Shown here piece by piece: positions 1 through 10,934 of a DNA stretch of 64,000 nt. Origin of the DNA: Lachnospiraceae bacterium (GTDB taxonomy: Bacteria; Bacillota; Clostridia; Lachnospirales; Lachnospiraceae); contig JAAUZU010000032.1 in assembly GCA_014804445.1 (NCBI GenBank), positions 9,540-73,539 on the forward strand. The letters run 5' to 3'. The notes beneath the pieces are model-generated. The model saw only the letters and a list, made by a program, of their open reading frames with translations. It was not told the DNA's origin and ran no database searches. Numbering within the stretch: the stretch's first letter is position 1; each line of letters opens with the position of its first letter. The position numbers and the translations under genes are program-made.

Positions 1-1090
1 CCCATACACGGTAATTTTCTCCACCAACCTCCGCACCAACTACTCATCATATGTCAGTGGCTCATTTACCTGTTTCTTCAAAAAATTCCTCATTTCCTCA
101 ATCCTCTGCCGCCTGTCATCCCTCTCCGCATCCTCCGCCAGAACATCCTGCCGCTGTTGTCGCAGTTTATGAATCTCATCCGCAACATTTTCGTATTCCT
201 TTTTGACGTTTGTCAGCCGCAAAAGCTTCTACTGCAACGCTTTCAGCCTACAGTCAATCTACTCTCCGCTTTCACTCTCCAATACCGCTCCAATATTCTC
301 TTCCAAAACAGACATGAATACATCCTTTTCACTCAATACTTTCTGAATTGCCTTTACCACTGCATTCTGCAAGTCCGATTCCTGAATCGTCAGTGCGCCA
401 TATTTCTTTGGTCCATGCTCCACACGGGTGCAGCACGCCAAACCGTAGAAGATTTCCCTCTGTTATTCCAAACAATCCTACGGTAAATATCTCCGCATTC
501 AGAGCAATAGACAATGCTTAATAAAGCATACCTACTGCTGTATACTCGTTTTTTCCTTTTCATCCTGCTGTAGAGGTTTGCTCTCCACACCATCTCCTCC
601 TATACCTGCATATAAATGTCACGGAGAATGATTGATTCTATTCTCCACATAATACTACAGCACAATACTATTGTTCTTGACTAGCTTCTTGGAAAGGAAA
701 TCCACCGTATAGGTCTTCTGCAAGAGGTCATCCCTGATATACTTCTCCTTCTGCAATATTTTCTTCAATGTTTCCGACCGCCATCTCACCTTTCCCGCAG
801 CCGGCAGGATGCCGTCTGCCTCCAGGCTTTTCCCGATTTGTGCGAGGTTCGCCTCTTCTAGATATTTTTAGTAAATCCGCTTTACAACCTCTGCCTCTTC
901 TAGCTCGATAATCAGCCGCCTTCGTCATTCTTCGTGTATCCAAGGAAACGGTTATGGTTGACCTGCACCCCTTTGGAATCCATGATATTGATATTCTCTT
1001 TTCAAAAAGTATTGGGATATTCCAGTTTTTTAACTATCAGATGTATTTCAGGCAGTCCAGTGTGTTCCTTGCAAAACGGCCGATAGGCTT
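1..1090 (-). pseudogene. Degenerate large serine recombinase (resolvase/recombinase/Zn-ribbon), multiple stops, frameshifts and deletions
   Basis: Minus-strand fragments in shifting frames: [87 protein letters not shown]; runs off the left edge. Confidence 0.9.
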
Positions 1091-1571
1091 GGTAATGAAC
1101 ATATTGATTTTTTCCGCCATGATTCCTCAATAATACGGTTAAATTCCCCTCATTTGTAGGTATCAGTACCAAAAAAGACCTTCGGCTGCAAATATTCCAT
1201 CTGGTTCCCATTTAAGATTATTCCTTCCTATTCCGCAGTTTTTATCCTGTCAAGGAATCCCAATTGCCTCATCCGCCACAGCACATCTATTCTCAATCCC
1301 GTATTTCCGTTCAAACCCGATTTCTCCCTAGGCATAGACTATAATCCGTATCTGTTCAAAAATATCCCATCATATGTATACATAGCTTAATTTTTTATCA
1401 AACTATGCCCATATAGCCCAAAATGTACTTAATTATTTTTATAAGATATAAACCAAAAGAAATCTCTTTATATTTTCTTAAAGGTAAGGTCACACTGTCT
1501 TCAAAAGTATTGTTACACCATATTTACCAAGCAAAAGTGTGGTGTTATCATATCGAAAGGGGGTTGATACT

Positions 1572-1916
1572 ATGATTTTTCATCCAAAGCAATTTGGCAT
1601 AGTACTAAAAAATGCATGAATAGACAAAAAACTTACACAAGCGGAATTAGCAGAAATATTAGATATTTCTTTATCTTACCTGAAAGACCTTGAACGTTTT
1701 CGAAATAATCCAAGTTATGAGATTTTCGAAAGGGTTATACGTTACTTCAACCTTTCAGCAGACTCAGTAATCTATCCCAATCAGAATTTATCTAATAATA
1801 CATACCAGAAAATAGAACGTATGATGACTCGCTGTGATGAAAATCAGCTTAAAGTCATTCTTGCCACCACTGAAGCTCTGTTAGCTACAAATGAAGAGCT
1901 TCCTGAAACAAAGTGA
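1572..1916 (+). pseudogene. XRE-family helix-turn-helix regulator with in-frame TGA at codon 16 (1617-1619)
   Basis: Not in ORF track. RBS GAAAGGGGGT, then MIFHPKQFGIVLKNA*IDKKLTQAELAEILDISLSYLKDLERFRNNPSY...; TGA sits where XRE proteins have a conserved Arg (CGA>TGA). Confidence 0.85.
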
Positions 1917-1936
1917 TTGGGCATACTCTGTATTAT

Positions 1937-1978
1937 AAAGGCTCATTATGCAACAGTTCTTGTGCATAATGAGCCTTT
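1937..1978. terminator. Intrinsic terminator-like hairpin between convergent genes
   Basis: 16-bp perfect inverted repeat AAAGGCTCATTATGCA...TGCATAATGAGCCTTT. Confidence 0.75.
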
Positions 1979-2147
1979 CACCCTTTTTTGAATACAGCAA
2001 TTATTACCTTTCTTCTCTACACATTGTTACACAATATGAGATTCTGGTATTTGGCTTTATGCTATAAAAGCGCCAAGTAAATGGTCTACCGCAAAAATAT
2101 CTCATGTTCTTCTAAAGATTTCAGTGTCTGTTTAATGGCATCCGTTC

Positions 2148-2954
2148 TTACTGTTCTGTTACTATCGATTTGCCTGTTGAACAATCCCCATTGAGCCATT
2201 GCCATTCTTCATAAAGTTCTATTTTTCCATTGGCAAGAATTATGGGGACACTATGACATTTCCCAATACGAATTTCATTGCTGATATTGATATGCTGATA
2301 ATAGAAATCAAGTTCTCCATTATCACTTACTTTACCAACCATATATCCTTTTTTCACTTCTCCACCACTATAATGGGCATGAAAATCAACTCCGTTTTGA
2401 TAGTATTGGAAAATTGTTTCTCCACCAACTTCGCCATTCTCCGTATTACTTTTTGGAATAAATTTTTTTCCATTATAATCTATGCCGGTGACATTCTTGC
2501 ACAATTCTTTTTCCATAACCTCATATACAAGAATCGCCCCATTATCTACTTCCCATTTGCGGTGCTCTGTGGTAACATATCCCCTCTTTTCATACAAATG
2601 ACTTGCCGGTAAGGAGGCATCCAAATACGCTTTTTTATGAATTTTAGATATTTCTTCTTCTAAACAATTCATTATATATGTCCCATAACCCTTACCTTGA
2701 AATTCAGGAAGAACATATACTCTTGTTATGTGATTTTCTTTATAGCACCCGGTTCCTACAAAGCAATCTCCATCTTTAAGCAATCCAACAGAACCGCCAC
2801 AAATATCTTTTTCAATACTCTCAAGATTATGCAATTCACAAAAGAACTTAACTACCTCTTGCGGATAATACTTTGGATATATGGATTTAATTGTTTTTTG
2901 CACAATATCAAACACTAATTTTAAATCATTTTTTTGAGCTAATAGGTATTCCAT
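2148..2954 (-). CDS. GNAT acetyltransferase fused to a C-terminal small beta-rich domain
   Basis: GNAT motif A VYVLPEFQGKGYGT and LYEKRGY; C-terminal NGEVGGETIFQY..YSGG..EEWQW domain. Confidence 0.8.
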   Translation of the reverse strand: MEYLLAQKNDLKLVFDIVQKTIKSIYPKYYPQEVVKFFCELHNLESIEKDICGGSVGLLKDGDCFVGTGCYKENHITRVYVLPEFQGKGYGTYIMNCLEEEISKIHKKAYLDASLPASHLYEKRGYVTTEHRKWEVDNGAILVYEVMEKELCKNVTGIDYNGKKFIPKSNTENGEVGGETIFQYYQNGVDFHAHYSGGEVKKGYMVGKVSDNGELDFYYQHINISNEIRIGKCHSVPIILANGKIELYEEWQWLNGDCSTGKSIVTEQ

Positions 2955-3009
2955 GTAAAGTTCTCCGTATCAATTTGGTTTTTCGATAACAAACAAAATG
3001 TTTCACTTA

Positions 3010-3369
3010 TCATATACTCTTCAAACGCTCGGTTGCCCAACGACGAAATTGTGTGACAATTAACGACTTAACACGATATCCAAGGGAGATAATCATATCA
3101 AGATTATAATGGATAATATTATAATTTTTCCCATCAGCACCAGTTGTTCGGAATTTCCGAACAACTGAATCCTCGTCTAATTCCCCCTCTTCAAATATAT
3201 GTTTAATATGTTCACTGATATTAGATTTACCGGTCTGATACAACTCGCACAACTGAGCCTGTGTAAGCCAAACCGTTTCATCTTCAAATTTGACGTCTAT
3301 TTTTGTATTTCCATCTTCTGTTTGGTATATGATGATTTCACTCTGTATATCTTTTTTATTATCTTTCAT
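3010..3369 (-). pseudogene. Truncated RhuM-family (virulence/DNA-binding) protein, N-terminal third only
   Basis: ETVWLTQAQLCELY, YNLDMIISLGYRVKS, QFRRWATERLK motifs; stops right after, whereas the family normally continues to about 330 aa. Confidence 0.75.
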
Positions 3370-3556
3370 ATACAATTCCTCCAATCCAAGCCAATAAATA
3401 TATCTTTTCACTATCAAAGCATATCTGTGAAGTGTGATTGCCAACTGCCGCAAATGCCTTTTACAACATTTTCCTCTACTCCAACATTACCAAGTTTCTC
3501 TAGGTATAAAGAACCCTTTTCAAACTATACATCTCTTCGCATGGTTCCGGCATCAT

Positions 3557-4627
3557 TTATAAGTATCGTGAATGCCACGGCATATCCTGTGATTTTATCT
3601 CTGTCCAGGGGGAGGAAAGGGCTTTTTCCATCAGTAACCAAAAATAGGCATCGTCCAAGGCTTCCTGTAACGGATAGATTTCATCTCCGCCTGCCAGATA
3701 ACAGCGCATGTCAAACAGCATTGTTGCAATCGCATATTCGTCCTGCCGCGTATCAAGAAATAATTCCGGCTGCCATGTCTTTCGCATATCTCGGAGATTC
3801 TGCGTATCAAGTGGCAAATATTTTTCACGAATAAACGGCATCAGATAATCTCTCTTGGGCCGGTTCTGCTCATCCAAATAGTAAATGAGATTATCATTCC
3901 ACTCTCCTCTTTCTCCGCGAACAACAAGATGCCTCGATCTGAGAAAGGATCTGTACTGCACGCCTGAAAAGTCATAAATGGCTTCTTTTCCGGAAGAAAA
4001 GGTAACAAAAACAATGTTTCGCTCCTTGATATCACTTCGTCCATCCGTAATCACACCGACTCGGGAATCCGTTTCCACGACAGGATTGCGAAACCGTTCA
4101 CCGCGCATTGTAAAAGAATCTCCTTGTACCAGAAGCATCCTGCGCAGCAGGCTTGCCGCATGATAGTCATGCGCCAGCGAAAGATATGCAGAATATGGCG
4201 TTCCGATTTTACCTTCCGAAACTGCATCCAGTCCTGCGGTCAGACCGGGATATCGATGATACTGCTCGCAGACCGTGATACGGGCGCCCTTACGTTCATG
4301 AAGTTCCCATAAACGATGCAGCTTTTCAATTGAAGCTCCTGCCGGTGTTTCTAAAACGACTGGATACCCAAGATTCACCCATTCCTCACAGATGTCAGCG
4401 ATATTTTCTTTGTTCACCGCTATAACAGCAAAATCCGCTTGAAATTGTTCACATACCTGTAACGATGTTGTTGCCTGAATACCTGTTTTAGCATGCATTT
4501 TTGCAGCTTTTTCTTCACTGCGGCAAAAAAACATGGCACGAAATTGCTGCGGATAAGTACTCGCAATGCGTGCATAAAATTCTGCCCGATATCCTGAACC
4601 GACAATGATATAAGATAATACCCCCAT
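3557..4627 (-). CDS. Gfo/Idh/MocA family oxidoreductase
   Basis: Rossmann IVGSGYRA and LETP (EKP-like) motif. Confidence 0.8.
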   Translation of the reverse strand: MGVLSYIIVGSGYRAEFYARIASTYPQQFRAMFFCRSEEKAAKMHAKTGIQATTSLQVCEQFQADFAVIAVNKENIADICEEWVNLGYPVVLETPAGASIEKLHRLWELHERKGARITVCEQYHRYPGLTAGLDAVSEGKIGTPYSAYLSLAHDYHAASLLRRMLLVQGDSFTMRGERFRNPVVETDSRVGVITDGRSDIKERNIVFVTFSSGKEAIYDFSGVQYRSFLRSRHLVVRGERGEWNDNLIYYLDEQNRPKRDYLMPFIREKYLPLDTQNLRDMRKTWQPELFLDTRQDEYAIATMLFDMRCYLAGGDEIYPLQEALDDAYFWLLMEKALSSPWTEIKSQDMPWHSRYL

Positions 4628-4678
4628 ATTTTACACCTCCTTCTCTACTTTAACTTCTATCCCAATATTAACATCATC

Positions 4679-6187
4679 TCACTTTTTATGGGTTAAAAGT
4701 ATGCACGCCTCTACATGCACCGTCCCCCCAAATTGGTCTACCGCTCTTACCTTCCGCAATTCATATCCTCCATCGCACAGTATCCGTAAGTCGCGCGCCA
4801 GCGTGGCGGAGTCGCAGCTTACGTAGACGATACGGTCGGGAGCCATTTTGAGCATGGTGGCGAGGCAGGCGGCGTCACAGCCCTTGCGGGGCGGGTCTAC
4901 TACAATGACGTCGGGATGGCGCATGGCGGCGTTTTCGTCACAGCCATCCGGGTTATCATAAAAGGCGGGGAGTACTTCTTCCGCTTTTCCCACGAAAAAT
5001 TCTGCGTTTGTAATATGGTTGCGGAGGGCGTTTTCCTTAGCGTCCTCGATTGCCTGCGGAATCACTTCCACACCGCAGACCTGTTTTGCACGGGTTGCCA
5101 GAAACAAGGAAATAGTACCGATTCCACAATACAAATCCCAGACTGTTTCCTGCCCTGTCAGCCCCGCATATTGCAGTGCAAGGCTGTAGAGTTTTTCCGT
5201 CTGGCGCGGATTTACCTGATAAAAGGAGAGCGGCGAAATGGAAAACTCCAGTTTTTCGCCGGTAAATGCCATATCCGCTTTTGTCATATCCCGCACCCTT
5301 ATGCTGTCCGAAATACTGTCTTTTCCCCATAAGGTATGGATTTCTTTTCCCATAATGACATTCGTTTTTTCCGTGTTGATACTCACTGACACGCTCGTCA
5401 TGTTTTTAATTTGAGAGAGGCGTGATAATAGTTCTTCCTGATGCGGCAAATAGCCGCCACCTTCTCTTGGGGCCGATGGAGAATCAACAACCGAATGCGT
5501 TTTTCCCTCCCCCTTCTTCCGATAATTCAACACCAGACACACCATAATCTCCCCGCTGTCAAAGCCGGTACGGATCAGCACGTGGCGAATCAGCCCTTCT
5601 CCGCTTTTTTCATCATAGGGGCGCACATGAAATTCCCGCATATAGGCGAGAATCGTGTCCAGTATTTCCTTATTTTCTTCTCTTCCCAAAACGCAGTCCG
5701 TATTGGCAATAATAGAATGGGTTCTTCCTGCGTAAAAACCCGCCACAGGATTTCCGTCCTTGTCTTCGCCGATGGGATACTGCGCTTTATTGCGATAGCG
5801 AAATGGCTCTTCCATTCCCACAATCGGCTCCATCACACGGTCTATTTCAGACTGAGAAAAACCGCCAATACGGAGCAGATTGTTTTTTACCTTATCCTGC
5901 TTAAATATAAGCTGCCGTTCATAGCTCATCGCCTGAAGCTGGCAGCCGCCGCATTGTCTGTGAAACCGGCAGACGGGCTGCACACGAAAAGGAGAAGGTG
6001 ACAGCACCTTCTCTAATCTTGCATAGGCATAATTCTTTTTATTTTTTACAATTTTAGCTTCTACTGTATCGCCGATGATGGCGTCCTTGACAAACAGAGG
6101 AAAACCTTCTACTTTTCCGATGCCTTCCCCGTCCGCTCCCATATCTTCTATTGTCACAACGACCGTATCATTTTTATTAAAATTCAT
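4679..6187 (-). CDS. rlmD: 23S rRNA (uracil-1939-C5)-methyltransferase
   Basis: TRAM domain, CGGCQLQ Fe-S motif, SFYQVN, DLYCGIG, VDPPRKG, YVSCD, HVE. Confidence 0.95.
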   Translation of the reverse strand: MNFNKNDTVVVTIEDMGADGEGIGKVEGFPLFVKDAIIGDTVEAKIVKNKKNYAYARLEKVLSPSPFRVQPVCRFHRQCGGCQLQAMSYERQLIFKQDKVKNNLLRIGGFSQSEIDRVMEPIVGMEEPFRYRNKAQYPIGEDKDGNPVAGFYAGRTHSIIANTDCVLGREENKEILDTILAYMREFHVRPYDEKSGEGLIRHVLIRTGFDSGEIMVCLVLNYRKKGEGKTHSVVDSPSAPREGGGYLPHQEELLSRLSQIKNMTSVSVSINTEKTNVIMGKEIHTLWGKDSISDSIRVRDMTKADMAFTGEKLEFSISPLSFYQVNPRQTEKLYSLALQYAGLTGQETVWDLYCGIGTISLFLATRAKQVCGVEVIPQAIEDAKENALRNHITNAEFFVGKAEEVLPAFYDNPDGCDENAAMRHPDVIVVDPPRKGCDAACLATMLKMAPDRIVYVSCDSATLARDLRILCDGGYELRKVRAVDQFGGTVHVEACILLTHKK

Positions 6188-6190
6188 TGT

Positions 6191-7135
6191 TTACTCCATC
6201 CTCGTCACCCTCAAATTCGACTCAAACGCGCGATTATAGCCAAGCCAGCCCGTGTCCGTGGCGCTGCCGAATATTTCTGTCATGGTTTCCAGCTTTGCGT
6301 CGGTATTGTCCGCCATATTTAATGCCAGTGCTTCCATCAGCGCCGGTTTTTTCGGAGATCCATACTCATATTCCCCGTGGTGTGCCAGAATACAGTGCTT
6401 CAGCTCAGAGGCGAGCACCGGCGGAAATCCTTTTATGTTCCGTATTTTTTCCTCCAGCATTTCACAGCCTATGATAATATGGCCGAGAAGCTGTCCGTCG
6501 TCCGTATAATCATTTTCCGGAAAAAGCGAAATCTCTTTGGTTTTTCCTATATCATGGAACATAGCGGCAGGCAAAAGCAAATCCCTCTTTAACAGCGGGT
6601 AAGCCGTGCAAAAATAATCGCACAGCTTCGTTACGCTCAGGGTATGCTCCAAAAGACCGCCGACAAATCCGTGATGCATGGTTTTTGCCGCAGAGGATTT
6701 ACGGAATTTCTTGATAAAATCAGTATCTTCCACAAAGAAAGCCTTTAACAACTGATTCATCCATGGATTCGCAACAGAATCTATTATTTGAAGCAATTCC
6801 TTATACATTTCATCATTGTTTTTACTGCTTACCGGCAGATAATCGGCAGGGTCGTACTCCCCCTCCCTGCACACGCGGATTCTCCTCACATTAACCTGCA
6901 GCGCACCCTGAAAATTGTGCACTTCGCCATAGACCTCTATGTAATCCAGAGTGTCATATTCTTCAATCCCTGCGCTGTTCGGCTCCCATATCTTTGCATC
7001 GATGGTGCCGGTTTTGTCCTGCAAAATCACATTTTCATAGGGCTTCCCATTCTTTGTCATAGCCGACAGCTTGTGCTTGCAAAGATAAATATCCGACATT
7101 CTGTCGCCGTCATTATAATCCTTGATATATTTCAT
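6191..7135 (-). CDS. yhaM: 3'-5' exoribonuclease YhaM/Cbf1 family (OB fold + HD)
   Basis: LQDKTGTIDAKIW OB fold; HH..GGLLEHT, HDIGK, HHG. Confidence 0.9.
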   Translation of the reverse strand: MKYIKDYNDGDRMSDIYLCKHKLSAMTKNGKPYENVILQDKTGTIDAKIWEPNSAGIEEYDTLDYIEVYGEVHNFQGALQVNVRRIRVCREGEYDPADYLPVSSKNNDEMYKELLQIIDSVANPWMNQLLKAFFVEDTDFIKKFRKSSAAKTMHHGFVGGLLEHTLSVTKLCDYFCTAYPLLKRDLLLPAAMFHDIGKTKEISLFPENDYTDDGQLLGHIIIGCEMLEEKIRNIKGFPPVLASELKHCILAHHGEYEYGSPKKPALMEALALNMADNTDAKLETMTEIFGSATDTGWLGYNRAFESNLRVTRME

Positions 7136-7136
7136 T

Positions 7137-8456
7137 TTAATCCTCCGTCCCCAGTGTAATTTCCATTTCCATTTCCCGATAACTGTTCTGTGAGAGCCTC
7201 TGCACGGTCACTTTTACCGTCTGACCGGCCTCCAGCCGCAGCAGAGTCGCCGTATAATTGTTAAAGTTTTCAATGCTGCTGTCGCCGATTTCCACAATCA
7301 CATCTCCGCGTTGAATCCCTGCAAGCATGGCGGGAGAATTCATCTCAACCTCTCTCACATAAGCGCCATAAGGCACGCCCATCTCCTGATTTGCCTCCGA
7401 CGTCACATCCATGCCGCTGATGCCCATATAGACAGGCTCCTTGCCATTTGACATATTTTCTATCAGCTTACGAAGCTCCGAGATACCGATTGCCGTAACC
7501 GCATTTTTCATATTGGAATCTACTCTGTCGCTTGTGATAATGCCAACTATCTGTCCCTGCATATTAAACAGCACGCCTTCGGAATCCGGACTGCCGTATA
7601 TGTCCGTAGTCAACAGCTTATAATTGGCGTCAACACGGCTCATAATGCTTCCTGAAGCGACAATTACACCATAACCTGCCGAACCGACCATCCCCATGGG
7701 GGCGCCCAGCGCCACCACCGGAGTTCCTATCAGGTTCCGCAGATTGGAAGAACCCAACGTTGCTTTCTGCACCAGTTCTTTGGTTTCTTCCGGAATATCA
7801 GACAACTCTACCGAGATAATGGCAAGTCCCGTCTGTTTATCCTCCTGCTTCATCACAGCTTCCGCCCGCGTCCCGTCAAAGAATGTTACGATAATGCTCT
7901 CCGCCTGTTTTATGGTATTCCTGTCCGTCAGGATTAAATATTCCCTGCCATTGCTTTCCACCACCACACCGTAGGTCTGTACTTTACTTTCATAAGTGTC
8001 GTTCAGCCAGTCCACATCGGAAGTCACGCCGGTAACCGTTACCATGGAGTGGGAAAGCTCCGCCGTATAAGCCGACATCGCACTGTAAAGCTGTATATAA
8101 TGCTTCTCATCCAGCCGTATACTATCCAGTATTTTCTGAATCTGCTCCTCATCCAAAATCACCGGTTCCAACGCTTCCTGCGGAGAGGGAGGCTCTTCCT
8201 CAACCAGCATGTCCTCAGGATCCATTTCTTCCGACTCCTCGGGAAATACCACTGTCTGCGGCTTCTCTTCGGGATACAGCCAGTTGCTGAAAACCGGTTC
8301 CAGAATCAAAAAAGTAAGGCAGGCAATCAATCCGAAAATAACTGCCATGGAGGCGGTAGTCACCGTCCTGCGCAGCAGTTTCTTCTTGTTAATCGGCCGC
8401 TCTTTGATTTTCTCTATCATAAAATCGGACTGCTGATTCTGTCTGGAATCCTGCAT
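7137..8456 (-). CDS. Membrane-anchored HtrA-like trypsin/PDZ protein with degenerate active site
   Basis: TM helix, trypsin-like fold, C-terminal PDZ (SPAMLAGIQRGDVI); start moved to the ATG after GGAGG. Confidence 0.8.
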   Translation of the reverse strand: MQDSRQNQQSDFMIEKIKERPINKKKLLRRTVTTASMAVIFGLIACLTFLILEPVFSNWLYPEEKPQTVVFPEESEEMDPEDMLVEEEPPSPQEALEPVILDEEQIQKILDSIRLDEKHYIQLYSAMSAYTAELSHSMVTVTGVTSDVDWLNDTYESKVQTYGVVVESNGREYLILTDRNTIKQAESIIVTFFDGTRAEAVMKQEDKQTGLAIISVELSDIPEETKELVQKATLGSSNLRNLIGTPVVALGAPMGMVGSAGYGVIVASGSIMSRVDANYKLLTTDIYGSPDSEGVLFNMQGQIVGIITSDRVDSNMKNAVTAIGISELRKLIENMSNGKEPVYMGISGMDVTSEANQEMGVPYGAYVREVEMNSPAMLAGIQRGDVIVEIGDSSIENFNNYTATLLRLEAGQTVKVTVQRLSQNSYREMEMEITLGTED

Positions 8457-8650
8457 ATTGGCAATTCCTCCGTTCCGGCTCCCATCTATCCGCTTTAGCA
8501 GGCGCACAAATCGGGGAGGCCGCATGTTTCTTTCTGCCCTATAGTATATCCGATAGTGAAAAAATTGTAAAGAAAAGAACCGCCGCGTCGGCCAAATCTC
8601 CAGCCGTGCGGCAGTTCTCCAAAATCATCTCACAATTCAGAACATGCCTG

Positions 8651-8869
8651 TTAAAACAGTTTTTTGATGGATGAGGCAACACCGGAAAGCTTATCGACAG
8701 ATATCTTTCCCTTTACGCCTTCCACTACCTTCTTCACAACGTCGTCAGGTAAATCTACACCAACCAAATCCTCCACCGTCTTGGTCGGGTTCTTCTGAAA
8801 TTTTTCCATCAGAGATTTATCCTTTGTTACCTTCTCCACAATTCCGTCAATTTTTTCTTTGATATCCAT
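8651..8869 (-). CDS. Small conserved hypothetical protein
   Basis: RBS AAAGGTGG before MDIKEKID; lysine-rich helical 72 aa. Confidence 0.75.
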   Translation of the reverse strand: MDIKEKIDGIVEKVTKDKSLMEKFQKNPTKTVEDLVGVDLPDDVVKKVVEGVKGKISVDKLSGVASSIKKLF

Positions 8870-8990
8870 GTCTGTTCCACCTTTCCGCCGTCCCACAGGG
8901 TATGGCTGTACGTAAAATCATTTCGCTTTTTATTTTACGATAGAACGGCGGAAATTGCAAGGATTGGCAGTCATACTTTCCAAAATATAT

Positions 8991-10934
8991 TTAACGGACT
9001 TCTGATGTTTTATAAATAAATTTTACAGTTCCGTCTAAAACACCATTCTCGTTTGTATAGGAATTGTAGTTTCTGGAAACCTGAGTCATCGCCTGCATTC
9101 TGGCAAGCAGCTCTTCATAATTTCCATCAAGGGCTTCTGCCAGCTTGCTGATGCCTTCATCATTGAAGGTAGTCAGTCCATCGCGAAGCTCCATGGCGCC
9201 TTTCTTTAGGCGAGATACGCCGTCTATCAGCGCTGCGCTGCCATTTGCAAGTGTATCCATACCATCCTTTAAGGCTACTGCGCCTGCATTAAGAGATTCC
9301 GCGCCTGCCGCAAGCTGTTCTGCACCGGCACTGAGCTGTGCTGCACCGTTCCCTGCCTGCGCAACACCGTTTGTATAAGCAATCAGACCTTGATAAAAGG
9401 CATTGTAACTGTCAAGCTGTGCCCTTAATGCTGCAATTTTACCTGCGCCTTCACTCACACTGTTTGCCGCATTTGCAGTTTCTGCTGCGATTTTGTTCTG
9501 AATGTCGGGAGACTGCATACTCTGCTCAATCAACTGCTTTTCCTGTGCCGCAACAGCCGCCTCTATCGTCTGCTTTATCTGGTCGCTCTGCATCTGTTCT
9601 TCCACTGCGCTGTCTATAGCCTGCTTCTGAGCATCCGGCATGCTATTGTACTGGCTTTCGTCAATACCCGCTGCCTGCAGAACACCTGCAAATACCTGCT
9701 TTCTTACTTCCTGTGTAACACCTGCCCTGATTGCTGCTTCGTTTTTCTTCACCTCTGCGGCAACTGCATTGTAAACTGCAGAGTAAACCTGATTGCCCAC
9801 CGCATCCGGAGTCAGTGAAGCAGCAACGCCGCCCAGAACCTGACTATAATTGTCGATTGTCAAAGTAGGAACGCTCAGACCATTTGCTGCAAGCTGTTTG
9901 TTGGCTTCTGCAAGTAACGTGTTAAATACCTGCGCTGCTCCCTTCACCAGCTCGTCATTTTTGGAAGACAATGTATTTAATCCATTTGTCAGGCTCGCCG
10001 CACCGTCACGCAAGCTGTTTACACCTTCCAACAGAGCCGCTGAACCGTCCGATAATTGTGCCGCACCTGCCTGCAGGGCCGAAATACCCTTCTGCAAATC
10101 GCCGGATTTTTCATAGAGCTCTGTCAGACCGTTGTACAGGGCAGCGGAACCGTCCATCAGTGCCTCCATGGCTTCCGTCATTTCGTCCATAGCTTCCTTC
10201 AAATCGTCCAGAGCGGTAGCATCATCCACATTGATATCGCTGAAAATTTCATTGGTGGCAATAGAATAGATACCATCCAAAGCAAAATCCGTTACATCAG
10301 CCTCTATTTCCACATAATTGGACGGTCCGTCTTCCAGATCTAAATCTTCTGCAAGCCCGGGAAATGCGACTCCTGCCACAATACATCGGCTGCCGTCATC
10401 GATAACCCTCCCTGACGATACTGTCACATTTTGAAAATGTGCACCATCCAGTATCGTACCGGCAGCAACGGCAAAGGGCACATATATTTTTTCTTCCTTG
10501 CCCTGCACATCCGCCATTTCATACTGGTTTACAATATAGGTGCAGCGAATCACGACATGACCGCTTTTTCCTGCCAGTTCCTCTGCTGAAATTTCTTTTC
10601 CATCCAGGGTATAGCTTATTTCCATGGAAAGCGGCAGTTTGTTTTCGGCACTTTCCGCCTCTTCCGTCAGTTCTTCCCCATCACTGATGATGACTTTCTG
10701 TACATCTCCGTCTGCTCCGGCAATCACATATACGGTTTCCCCAATGGCACCCTCTTCTTCTCCTACGGGCTGCCAGACATTTTTCACACTATCCACTATC
10801 TGGTCTTTTACATCCGAATCGGCATTATTACTTGTATTTGCCGCATGTGCATTCACTCCCACCGCACCTGCCGCTACCACTACTGACAACATAAGTGCAC
10901 TCGTTTTTACCATTTTTTTATTGACATTCCACAT
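8991..10934 (-). CDS. Secreted X-X-X-Leu-X-X-Gly heptad-repeat (YhgE/Pip-like) protein, partner of MMPL transporter
   Basis: Signal peptide (AHA), repeated GAAQLSxG heptads, overlaps MMPL gene. Confidence 0.8.
   Translation of the reverse strand: MWNVNKKMVKTSALMLSVVVAAGAVGVNAHAANTSNNADSDVKDQIVDSVKNVWQPVGEEEGAIGETVYVIAGADGDVQKVIISDGEELTEEAESAENKLPLSMEISYTLDGKEISAEELAGKSGHVVIRCTYIVNQYEMADVQGKEEKIYVPFAVAAGTILDGAHFQNVTVSSGRVIDDGSRCIVAGVAFPGLAEDLDLEDGPSNYVEIEADVTDFALDGIYSIATNEIFSDINVDDATALDDLKEAMDEMTEAMEALMDGSAALYNGLTELYEKSGDLQKGISALQAGAAQLSDGSAALLEGVNSLRDGAASLTNGLNTLSSKNDELVKGAAQVFNTLLAEANKQLAANGLSVPTLTIDNYSQVLGGVAASLTPDAVGNQVYSAVYNAVAAEVKKNEAAIRAGVTQEVRKQVFAGVLQAAGIDESQYNSMPDAQKQAIDSAVEEQMQSDQIKQTIEAAVAAQEKQLIEQSMQSPDIQNKIAAETANAANSVSEGAGKIAALRAQLDSYNAFYQGLIAYTNGVAQAGNGAAQLSAGAEQLAAGAESLNAGAVALKDGMDTLANGSAALIDGVSRLKKGAMELRDGLTTFNDEGISKLAEALDGNYEELLARMQAMTQVSRNYNSYTNENGVLDGTVKFIYKTSEVR

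Noticed and set aside
1617-1619. In-frame TGA in the XRE gene as selenocysteine or recoding
   Set aside because: Position is normally Arg (CGA>TGA transition), neighbours are pseudogenes, and TGA is used as stop elsewhere in the window
9150-10150. Quasi-periodic repeats in the heptad protein gene
   Set aside because: Explained by coding X-X-X-Leu-X-X-Gly heptads, not a DNA repeat array
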